This document shows, piece by piece, positions 36,262 through 43,301 of a DNA stretch of 43,301 bases. A model generated the notes under the pieces. The model had not been told where the DNA came from, did no database searches, and saw nothing but the letters and a program-made list of their open reading frames with translations. Numbering within the stretch: position 1 is the first letter of the stretch; every line of letters starts with the position of its first letter. The DNA is from Chitinophagaceae bacterium (GTDB lineage: Bacteria; Bacteroidota; Bacteroidia; Chitinophagales; Chitinophagaceae), in NCBI GenBank assembly GCA_035914595.1, contig JAMIQN010000027.1, positions 1-43,301 of the forward strand, in the 5' to 3' direction. Made by a program: the position numbers and the translations under genes.

Positions 36262-37806
36262 CTATTTGATGGAAGCATGTTCGTTGAGGAAGTTCTCCCA
36301 GCGCTCCAGTTGGGCGCCTTTCATCACACGCGGGAACTTGCTCATGCCACCATCGCGGCCAATGCTCTTGAGGTAGTCGTAGAAAGCCTGAAGCGGCAGC
36401 ATTTCCACAAAAACTTCCTTGAGTGCTGATTCCCTTTCCACCGCATAGTCATCATTGAGCTGGCAGAGGGTTTCGTCCAGGATACGCCGGACTTCGGCAG
36501 CATCGGGTGGGGTGCCGTCATAACCCACATACCAGCGGTGGGCAAAGCGGCCTTCGAAGCTGAAGCCTGCCACACAAAACTCACGTACCTCAATGCCCAT
36601 CTCGCGTTGTAGTGTTTCGATGGCGCGGGTCATATTGTCCACGCTAAGGTGCTCGCCACACAAAGACAGAAACTGCTTGGTACGGCCCGCAATCACAAAC
36701 TCGGAGCGGGCTGCGTTGGTGAAACGGATGACATCACCGATGATGTAGCGCCAGGCGCCGGCGCAAGTGCTGAGCACGACGGCATAGTCCACGTCGTTTT
36801 TCACCTCGTCAATTGTCAGCGACTGAGGCTTTGTGCGCGGCTCGCCGCTATCGTCAAAATTCTTTTCGTTGAAAGGAATGAACTCGAAGAAAATGCCTGC
36901 GTTGAGAACGAGCTGGATGTCGCGGTCGGGTGCCGGCTGAAAGCCGAATGAGCCTTCCGAGGCCATGTAGGTTTCGGAGTAGGCAATGGGTCGGCCCATG
37001 AGCTTCTTGAAGCTTTCGCGATAAGGCTCAAAGGCCACGCCGCCATGGATATAGATGGACAGGTTCGGCCAGATCTCGTGGATATGTTTCACCTTATGGT
37101 AGGCGATGATTCGCTCCAGCACGATTTGCACCCAGGCAGGCACACCGCACACGGTGCCTACATCCCATTCCCTCGCCTTGCGCACGATGAGCTTGATGCG
37201 TGCTTCCCACTCTTTGGTTTTTGAAATTTTCTGTCCGGGCTTGTAGAGGAAAGAGCTCATCCAGCGGGGCATTGTTTTGGCGCTGATGCCACTCATGTCG
37301 CCTTCATAATAACTGCCGCGCTCGAAGAGGGAAGTGGTGCCGCCCAGCATCAGGATTCCTTTTTGATAAGCCCGTTTGGGCACCTTGAAATTGGCAAGCG
37401 CACACATCTGTCGCCAGGCCACCTGCTTGGTGCTTTTCATCATATCGCTGGTGACGGGGATGTGCTTGGACGACGATTCAGAAGTGCCGGAGGAAAGGGC
37501 AAAAAACTTCACCTGGCCCGGCCAGGAAATATTCTCCTCTCCCTGAAGCAGGCGATACCACCATTGGTCGTGCATCTGGTTGTAGGTATGCACCGGCACC
37601 CGCTCGCGGAAGGCCGTCATGAAGTCCACTTCATGGCTGAGGATGCCTTCAAAATCGTAGTGTTTCCCGAAGGAGGTGTACTGCGCTTTTTCCAGCAGCC
37701 GGCGCAGTGTCTGCCTTTGGTAAGTAATTGCAGAAGCGTTTTGCGAGGAGAGCTTGTGCGAAAGCCAAAGCGACCGCGCAACGATGTTTCCAACTATAGC
37801 AGCCAT
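36262..37806 (-). CDS. GH3 family (auxin-responsive GH3-like) adenylate-forming amido synthetase homolog
   Basis: 514 aa with [23 protein letters not shown], and the overall GH3/ANL-like layout typical of the Bacteroidota 'GH3 auxin-responsive promoter' proteins. Its stop (36262-36264) is 2 nt from the macro-domain ATG (36259). Confidence 0.8.
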   Translation of the reverse strand: MAAIVGNIVARSLWLSHKLSSQNASAITYQRQTLRRLLEKAQYTSFGKHYDFEGILSHEVDFMTAFRERVPVHTYNQMHDQWWYRLLQGEENISWPGQVKFFALSSGTSESSSKHIPVTSDMMKSTKQVAWRQMCALANFKVPKRAYQKGILMLGGTTSLFERGSYYEGDMSGISAKTMPRWMSSFLYKPGQKISKTKEWEARIKLIVRKAREWDVGTVCGVPAWVQIVLERIIAYHKVKHIHEIWPNLSIYIHGGVAFEPYRESFKKLMGRPIAYSETYMASEGSFGFQPAPDRDIQLVLNAGIFFEFIPFNEKNFDDSGEPRTKPQSLTIDEVKNDVDYAVVLSTCAGAWRYIIGDVIRFTNAARSEFVIAGRTKQFLSLCGEHLSVDNMTRAIETLQREMGIEVREFCVAGFSFEGRFAHRWYVGYDGTPPDAAEVRRILDETLCQLNDDYAVERESALKEVFVEMLPLQAFYDYLKSIGRDGGMSKFPRVMKGAQLERWENFLNEHASIK

Positions 37807-37848
37807 GAGTCAAAAAGCCTTTCTAAAAGGTGCCAGCAAAGGCGGGCG

Positions 37849-37856
37849 CAAAAATA
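37849..37856 (-). promoter_or_regulatory. -7 box TATTTTTG (- strand) for the GH3 / macro-domain operon
   Basis: The + strand reads CAAAAATA. It lies 42 nt upstream of the GH3 ATG (37806). Confidence 0.4.
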
Positions 37857-38060
37857 GAACTTCCCCTGCGCAGCAACTTAAGCCGGGTGGGATAGGTGGG
37901 CTTGAATGAAGGGCAGCCTTCTTAAAGCTTCCCTCCTTTCACCGATTGGCCGGCGGCATTATTAGGAAATCTCATTGTGCTCTTGATTCACAAAAGGGAG
38001 GCTATCGGCGGCAGGGTTTTTAACCCCTTGTTTCTCGTCCGGTGGGGTAGGCATGAAGGC

Positions 38061-38068
38061 TACCTTTG
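38061..38068 (+). promoter_or_regulatory. -7 box TACCTTTG for the M20 dipeptidase gene
   Basis: Exact TAnnTTTG 38 nt upstream of the ATG at 38107. It lies inside the longer track ORF, which argues for the downstream start. Confidence 0.45.
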
Positions 38069-38106
38069 CCGCGCAAACTTTTTTCCAACCTCCTTTAAAT
38101 TCTCTC

Positions 38107-39477
38107 ATGCAAGCCTGGAAAGAATATCAAACCCAAAATCAGGATCGCTTCCTGAATGAACTCCTTGATCTGCTGCGCATCCCTTCCGTTTCTGCCGACA
38201 GCAAACACAAGCCTGATGTGGCACGTTGTGCCGAAGCCGTTCGTGATTCCCTGATGAAAGCAGGAGCCGATAAGGCTGAAATCGTACCTACCGATGGCCA
38301 TCCTATTGTGTATGCCGAAAAAATCGTGGATCCTTCCAAGCCGACTGTGTTGGTGTATGGCCACTACGATGTGCAGCCGCCCGATCCGCTGGATTTGTGG
38401 CATAGCGGCCCCTTTGAGCCGGTTATCAAAGACGGTAAGATTTATGCACGTGGAGCTTGCGATGATAAAGGCCAGATGTTTATGCACGTGAAGGCACTGG
38501 AGGTGATGGCCAAGACAGGCCAGATGCCTTGCAATCTGAAGTTCATGATCGAAGGGGAAGAGGAAGTGGGATCTTCCAACCTTGGAAAGTTCCTTGCGGA
38601 TCACCGCGAGCAACTCAAAGCAGACATCGTGCTGGTGAGCGACACCTCAATGATCAGCATGGAGCACCCCAGCATTGAGAGTGGCCTGCGCGGCCTGGCT
38701 TATATGGAAGTAGAGGTGACCGGCCCCAACCGCGATCTGCATAGCGGCGTGTATGGCGGTGCCGTTCGCAATCCCATCAATGAGCTGTGCAAGATGATTG
38801 CCTCGCTGCATGATGAAAACAACCACATCACCATCCCGGGCTTTTACGACAAGGTGAAAGAACTGACCGCAGACGAAAAGAAGGCTCTGAATAGTGCTCC
38901 GTTCGATCAGAAAGAATACAACGAAGACCTCGGCATTGGTGAGGAGTGGGGTGAGAAAGGTTACAGCAATCTGGAGCGTACCGGAACACGTCCCACGCTG
39001 GATGTGAACGGCATCTGGGGCGGCTATACCGGTGAAGGTGCCAAGACGGTATTGCCTTCGAAGGCCTTCGCAAAAATTTCGATGCGCCTGGTGCCCGATC
39101 AAAACAGTGAAGCAATCGCCGACCTGTTCCGCAGGCATTTTGAAAGCATCGCACCCAAGAGTGTGCAGGTGAAAGTGACGGCCCATCACGGCGGCGAGCC
39201 GGTTGTGACGCCTACCGACTCTGTGGCTTACAAGGCTGCGGCGCAGGCTATCCGCACCACTTTTGGCAAGGAGCCCATTCCGACGCGCGGCGGTGGCTCC
39301 ATTCCTATCGTAGCCTTGTTTGAAAGCATTCTTGGTCTGAAGACTGTATTGCTTGGCTTCGGGCTGGATAATGACAATATCCACTCGCCGAACGAGAAGT
39401 ATGATGTGGCCAACTATGAAAAGGGCATTGAGACCATCCCTTATTTCCACAAGTTTTTTGCGGAGATGAAGGGCTAA
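38107..39477 (+). CDS. M20-family dipeptidase
   Basis: GHYDVQP, ARGACDDKGQ, EGEEEVGS, and a C-terminal HSPNE. Confidence 0.85.
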   Translation: MQAWKEYQTQNQDRFLNELLDLLRIPSVSADSKHKPDVARCAEAVRDSLMKAGADKAEIVPTDGHPIVYAEKIVDPSKPTVLVYGHYDVQPPDPLDLWHSGPFEPVIKDGKIYARGACDDKGQMFMHVKALEVMAKTGQMPCNLKFMIEGEEEVGSSNLGKFLADHREQLKADIVLVSDTSMISMEHPSIESGLRGLAYMEVEVTGPNRDLHSGVYGGAVRNPINELCKMIASLHDENNHITIPGFYDKVKELTADEKKALNSAPFDQKEYNEDLGIGEEWGEKGYSNLERTGTRPTLDVNGIWGGYTGEGAKTVLPSKAFAKISMRLVPDQNSEAIADLFRRHFESIAPKSVQVKVTAHHGGEPVVTPTDSVAYKAAAQAIRTTFGKEPIPTRGGGSIPIVALFESILGLKTVLLGFGLDNDNIHSPNEKYDVANYEKGIETIPYFHKFFAEMKG

Positions 39478-39499
39478 GAAAGCTTGCCTAATGGCAGCC

Positions 39500-39552
39500 G
39501 GCGCATTTCGTGAAAGGTCGTTTGGGGCCTGGCGGAATGCGCCTTCTTTTTT
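39500..39552 (+). terminator. Intrinsic terminator after the dipeptidase gene
   Basis: GGCGCATTTCG (39500-39510) pairs with CGGAATGCGCC (39533-39543) with one mismatch, followed by ttctttttt. Confidence 0.55.
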
Positions 39553-39649
39553 GAAGGAAGAGAGCAGAGTTCAAACGGTACTCACCTCAATTTTTTAGAG
39601 AAAACCTTAACTGAGTTACGTGATGGAAGCCTTTTCAGGAAAAGAAATC

Positions 39650-39686
39650 GGGGAAAGCAGCGGCCTTTTCCCGGCGTGCTTTCCCC
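39650..39686 (-). terminator. Hairpin terminator after the small outer membrane protein (OMP) gene
   Basis: GGGGAAAGCA (39650-39659) pairs with TGCTTTCCCC (39677-39686), a 10-bp stem. On the - strand it is followed by the T-rich gatttcttttcc. It lies 27 nt downstream of the stop at 39714. Confidence 0.5.
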
Positions 39687-39713
39687 GAAAGGATGAAGTC
39701 TTAAAGAGCTTGT

Positions 39714-40457
39714 TTAGTGTGCCCAGCCACTGGCTCCGAAACGATAGCGCAGGCCTGCCGACATCGGGAAGTTAAAGACGTCGAATGGGCCGTTTCTTCC
39801 TGCTGCGCGATTATCTACCAGATTGATGTGATTGAAGCGGGGAGCCACTTCTACGTTGATGCCAAAACGATCGGAAATCCACCAATCCATGCCGGCTTGG
39901 AGGCCTATGGTGTAGCCGGCGCCGGGCTCGTAATGGTATTCTGAAACGAAGCGATATTCTTCGCCAATGCCGCCGTTGAACTGATTGTACACCGTGCGAC
40001 CGTCATTGACGGTGAACAGGGCTCCTACTCCAATACCATAATAGAAAGCCGAGCGGAGGTTGCGCATTTGGTCATAGATGGGAACCACGGCGTTGACGCG
40101 GGCTTCTACCGTCCAGGTGCGTTCTGAATAGACGTAGCGTACACCGGGCTGGCCCAGCATCTTGCCATCCAAACCATACAGGGTAGTAGTGCCGAGGGCA
40201 GACCATTCTGAATGTGTATTTACAAGCAATCCCACTTGGAATTGGTCGGTGAAATTGTAGTTGCCCACCACTCCAAACATGTTGGGAAGGCTCTTTTCAT
40301 CGGCTGAATAATCTACTTCACGATAGACGCGTGTTGTAGGAGCAATGCCTCCATTGATGCCTACATTGAAACGATAATCAGGCTCGTTCGACCATTGTGC
40401 AGAGGCAATTCCACTGCTGAAAACCAAAGCAGCAGCAAGAAGTAGGCGTGTTGTCAT
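39714..40457 (-). CDS. Small outer-membrane beta-barrel protein (OmpW/OmpA-barrel-like, 247 aa)
   Basis: Signal peptide MTTRLLLAAALVFSSGIASA/Q. Alternating aromatic/Gly beta-strands (NVGINGGIAP, VVGNYNFTDQFQVGLLV, GAGYTIGLQAGMDWWISDRFGINVEVAPRF). It ends ...RYRFGASGWAH. The ATG at 40457 is preferred. Confidence 0.7.
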   Translation of the reverse strand: MTTRLLLAAALVFSSGIASAQWSNEPDYRFNVGINGGIAPTTRVYREVDYSADEKSLPNMFGVVGNYNFTDQFQVGLLVNTHSEWSALGTTTLYGLDGKMLGQPGVRYVYSERTWTVEARVNAVVPIYDQMRNLRSAFYYGIGVGALFTVNDGRTVYNQFNGGIGEEYRFVSEYHYEPGAGYTIGLQAGMDWWISDRFGINVEVAPRFNHINLVDNRAAGRNGPFDVFNFPMSAGLRYRFGASGWAH

Positions 40458-40532
40458 CGTCCTTTTTTTCGGTGCCGAAAGATAGGTAAGAATGCGAAAA
40501 AGCATGGAAGCCTGTCGGTTGTTTCAGTCAGG

Positions 40533-41600
40533 CTAACCTTGGTTGAGTTTGCTGATCCGAACCTCCATGCCGGGCTTCACCTGCATCAGGGCTGTGGAAA
40601 GGATGGTATCGCCCGCGTTGAGGCCTTGAATGATTTGAACCCGGTCTGCCGTGCGGTCGCCTGTGCCTACTGTTTGCAATTCCACTTTCCCATTGCGCAG
40701 CAGTGCCACCTTTTTGTCGCGTGTGGTGGGTATGATGCACTGGCTGGGAATCAGGATGCTTTCATTATTAGTGCCGAAGGGCACAATGACGTGGGCAAAT
40801 GCGCCGGGAACCAGATGCCCACCGGCGTTCGCTACCACAGCACGCACACGCAGCGTATGGGTTGCAGGGTCAGCACCGGGATCCATTGCCGTGATTTTTC
40901 CGTGCAGGGTATCGCGGTTACCATCTACATAAAACCGTAGCGACTCACCCGTCTTGAGGTAGCTCTGATATTGGTCCGGGATGGCGAAATCGAGCTTTAA
41001 AGAAGTCGTTTGCTGGAGCGATGCCACAACAGTAGCGGGGCTGATGATTGCACCTACTGAAATGTTGCGAATGCCGACCGTGCCATCAAAGGGGGCCAGG
41101 ATGCGGAGCCGCGCCAGGTTGGCTTCTGCGACCTCGATATCAGCGTTCACCGACTTGATATCAGTTTGCGTGGCTTCAAAATCCTGCTGGCTGATACCCC
41201 CTATTTGGAGCAGTTGTTTCTGGCGCTGTTCTGTGCTCTGTTGCAGGGCCCGCTGTGCTTTGAGTTTAGCAATCTGAGCTTTCACATCCGCGTCGTTGAG
41301 TTGCACCAATAGCTGACCTTTCCGGACCCGGCTGCCTTCATGAAAAAAGATGCCTGTGACGCGCCCGGACACTTCCGGATGAATTTCTACAGCCTCATTG
41401 GCAAGGAGCTGGCCGGAAGCAGTGTAGGCGGGCGCAAAGGGCGAGCGCGTAACGAGGTAGGCCTCGGCAGTAACAACCCGTTTCATTCCGGAGCCGGCTT
41501 TCCCCTTTGCCTCCTCGCTACCTTTATTCGTACAGGCGTATAGTAAAAGCGAAGTGGCGAACACAGATAAAACAAGCGTTGGGACGGAACGTAACATCAT
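40533..41600 (-). CDS. Efflux transporter periplasmic adaptor subunit (membrane fusion protein, RND/HlyD_D23 family)
   Basis: Lipoprotein-like N-terminus (LLLYAC/TNKG). Contains EVSGRVTGIFFHEGSRVRKGQLLVQLND, a coiled-coil hairpin (KAQIAKLKAQRALQQSTEQRQKQL...EATQTD...A.ANLARL), ILAPFDGTVG, and a beta-barrel plus MP domain. Confidence 0.88.
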   Translation of the reverse strand: MMLRSVPTLVLSVFATSLLLYACTNKGSEEAKGKAGSGMKRVVTAEAYLVTRSPFAPAYTASGQLLANEAVEIHPEVSGRVTGIFFHEGSRVRKGQLLVQLNDADVKAQIAKLKAQRALQQSTEQRQKQLLQIGGISQQDFEATQTDIKSVNADIEVAEANLARLRILAPFDGTVGIRNISVGAIISPATVVASLQQTTSLKLDFAIPDQYQSYLKTGESLRFYVDGNRDTLHGKITAMDPGADPATHTLRVRAVVANAGGHLVPGAFAHVIVPFGTNNESILIPSQCIIPTTRDKKVALLRNGKVELQTVGTGDRTADRVQIIQGLNAGDTILSTALMQVKPGMEVRISKLNQG

Positions 41601-41638
41601 CGGTTCAGGCTTGGGGGATTCGTTGAAAAATGAAGCCG

Positions 41639-41646
41639 CAAAAGTA
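41639..41646 (-). promoter_or_regulatory. -7 box TACTTTTG (- strand) for the adaptor gene
   Basis: The + strand reads CAAAAGTA. It lies 38 nt upstream of the ATG at 41600. Confidence 0.45.
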
Positions 41647-41685
41647 CCCGGTGCGCCAGTACCGAATCAGATGCCAAAGGCCGGA

Positions 41686-42774
41686 ATGCCTCGATTGAGA
41701 TATAGGCGAAAGACCATCATGCTTGGTGTGCTGATTGCGTTGGTGGCTTTGATTCAATTCGTTTTTCCGAATCACCTGCGTCTGGCTTCGGGCTACAACA
41801 ATTATGTTTTTCGGCCCTTTCAGAGTTTTAGAAATCTGGTATTCGATGCGGTTCCTTTCTCTGTTGGCGACCTGCTTTATCTGATTGGGCTTTTTGCAGC
41901 CATTGCAACGTTGGTACGATGGATTTATCTGCTGACGAAGCTGCGCACCATGGCGCATGAGCTGGCCTATAGCCTTTTCAATACAGCGATTACGCTGGTC
42001 ACGATTTACCTTCTGTTTTTTGTGGGTTGGGGAGGAAATTATTATCGCCCTACGCTTTCCAGATTTTGGCAACTGCCTGCAATTCAGGCCCATCCGAAGG
42101 ATATCCTGTTGCCTTACGATAGCCTGCTTGTATCGCGGCTCAATGCATTGGCACCTGCGTATCAGGGGCTGCCATTTAAGACTACAAACCGCCGCGCACG
42201 GGCGTATTTTCTGAAGCTGACAAACGCCAGAACCGAGTTGATAGGCATCAAAGCCAAGGCTTCTTTGTTCGGCCATTTCATGCAGTATTTAGGCATTCAG
42301 GGCTATTACAATCCCTTCACTGGCGAGGCTCAGGTAAACCATATGCTGCCTGAGTTTATGCTGCCATTTGTGGTCTGTCACGAGATGGCACACCAGAGCG
42401 GCATTGCCGCAGAGGATGATGCCAACCTGCTTGCCTATGCGATCTGTACGAGTGCGCCGGATAGTGCGTTTGTGTATTCGGGCTATTTCAACCTGTGGCT
42501 TTATGCGCAAAGCCGCCTTCGTCGGATAGATTCTACGGCTGCTAATAACCTTTTTGCACGTCTCAATCCGTTGTCACACAGTCAGGTGGATACGTTGCGA
42601 GCGATCCGGAAGAAGTATCGGAGCGGCCTGTCGGAGTATAGTATGGAGCTCTATGACCGCTACTTGAGGCTGCACGATCAAAAGGAAGGGATCGAAAGCT
42701 ATACACACGTTGTGTTTTCGGCATGGCTATGGGAGCAACGGAAGGCGAAGGATGAAGCAATAAGAATTCCTTGA
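41686..42774 (+). CDS. DUF3810 family membrane protein with an HExxH motif
   Basis: Basic N-terminus plus TM helix (MPRLRYRRKTIMLGVLIALVALI), PFSVGDLLYLIG, two further TM helices, and VVCHEMAHQSGIAAEDDANLLAY (HExxH...E). The start is ambiguous among 41671, 41686 and 41719. The track start at 41554 overlaps the divergent adaptor gene and is unlikely. Confidence 0.7.
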   Translation: MPRLRYRRKTIMLGVLIALVALIQFVFPNHLRLASGYNNYVFRPFQSFRNLVFDAVPFSVGDLLYLIGLFAAIATLVRWIYLLTKLRTMAHELAYSLFNTAITLVTIYLLFFVGWGGNYYRPTLSRFWQLPAIQAHPKDILLPYDSLLVSRLNALAPAYQGLPFKTTNRRARAYFLKLTNARTELIGIKAKASLFGHFMQYLGIQGYYNPFTGEAQVNHMLPEFMLPFVVCHEMAHQSGIAAEDDANLLAYAICTSAPDSAFVYSGYFNLWLYAQSRLRRIDSTAANNLFARLNPLSHSQVDTLRAIRKKYRSGLSEYSMELYDRYLRLHDQKEGIESYTHVVFSAWLWEQRKAKDEAIRIP

Positions 42775-42966
42775 GACCGCCGTGATTACGGCATTTGAGG
42801 CAGAGTAGTAGGCACGATTCTGATTGCTTCGTGAGCATGAAAAGTTAGATTGGTCGGCGCCGGAGGATTAGCTGTTGTGGTGCTTCGTTGTTGAAAATGA
42901 TTTTTGTGGTAAGAAGATTTTACAGTGATTGGGTCGGTGCTTTTGTGATCTTTTTTTGAAGAAAAC

Positions 42967-43017
42967 TTGGAGCGAGACAGGCGTGCCCCCTACCTTCGCG
43001 CTCCGCTTTTGAAGCGG
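42967..43017 (+). promoter_or_regulatory. Promoter-like module 1: TTGG, N20, TACCTTCG, N4, hairpin CCGC-N7-GCGG
   Basis: TTGG 42967-42970. The -7-like TACCTTCG at 42991-42998 has one mismatch to TAnnTTTG. The hairpin spans 43003-43017. The architecture is identical to module 2. Confidence 0.35.
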
Positions 43018-43133
43018 GGTAGTTCTTAGAGGTACGAGCTTAGTTTTCAAGGTGTCAGGAAGGATTTTTTAGGATTGAAGTGATTTGGTTTTGTCGTGAA
43101 AAGAATTTTCCGAAAGAGTCCTGAAAAAAAAGT

Positions 43134-43185
43134 TTGGCAGTTTGAGAAACAGGTTAGTATCTTTGCACCCCGCAAATGAGGCGGG
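43134..43185 (+). promoter_or_regulatory. Promoter-like module 2: TTTGG, N20, TATCTTTG, N3, hairpin CCCGC-N7-GCGGG; probable rRNA-operon promoter/leader
   Basis: TTTG at 43133-43136 is followed by a 21-nt spacer and an exact TAnnTTTG at 43158-43165. This is the canonical Bacteroidota -33/-7 spacing. The hairpin spans 43169-43185. Downstream, aagttctttgacag resembles leaders that precede 16S genes. Confidence 0.5.
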
Positions 43186-43301
43186 AGGGTTACCGGGAGC
43201 GGTAATTTGAGAGAGAGAAGAAGGGTAGAGAATAAGTTCTTTGACAGAAGGGAGCAGTTGGGAATATCTGGTTGTAAAGCGAGATACTCCCGGCAGGTAA
43301 G

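Noticed and set aside
42868-43050. 60-aa - strand ORF in the terminal intergenic region
   Set aside because: It is Lys/Pro/Thr-rich with no motifs, and it overlaps promoter module 1 and its hairpin. The region is better explained as a non-coding promoter/leader.

Overview
This 43.3-kb window looks like an ordinary, densely coded chromosomal segment of a Bacteroidota genome. The phylum call rests on five observations: a type IX secretion (T9SS) C-terminal sorting domain, CarboxypepD_reg-type TonB-dependent receptor architecture, DUF2851 and DUF3810 genes, a bacterial GH3 gene, and repeated TAnnTTTG -7 promoter boxes upstream of genes.

I support about 33 protein-coding genes plus one partial ORF at the 5' edge. 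Most are housekeeping: dusB, prfA, hscA, smc, paaZ, hscB, apbC, pyrF, a lysine-ketoglutarate-reductase homolog, an M20 dipeptidase, an isoaspartyl peptidase, OsmC and a phosphoribosyltransferase (PRTase). An envelope set is also present:
- a T9SS cargo protein made of nine tandem repeats
- a Wzz/Wzy-like pair
- a four-gene cluster of TonB-dependent receptor-like protein (TBDR), TPR protein, beta-barrel and HU/SPOR protein
- a MacB/FtsX-type permease
- a periplasmic efflux adaptor followed by a small beta-barrel

Other features are one tRNA-Leu(CAA), several intrinsic terminators, and two paralogous promoter-plus-hairpin modules at the 3' edge that probably lead into an rRNA operon.

I see no CRISPR array, prophage, integrase, defense island or toxin-antitoxin pair, and I do not claim a clear novel system. 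The unusual items, in order of interest:
1. A single REP-associated (RAYT/IS200-like) tyrosine transposase gene bracketed by inverted GNRA-loop hairpins, with an atypical HUH motif.
2. An unassigned 77-aa repeat family in the T9SS cargo protein, with signs of recent repeat homogenisation.
3. A tightly coupled GH3 / macro-domain gene pair.
4. The TBDR-TPR-barrel-HU/SPOR envelope cluster.
5. -7 boxes placed 3-7 nt from start codons, implying leaderless mRNAs.

All functional calls come from reading the translated ORFs and recognising family motifs. No database search was run.
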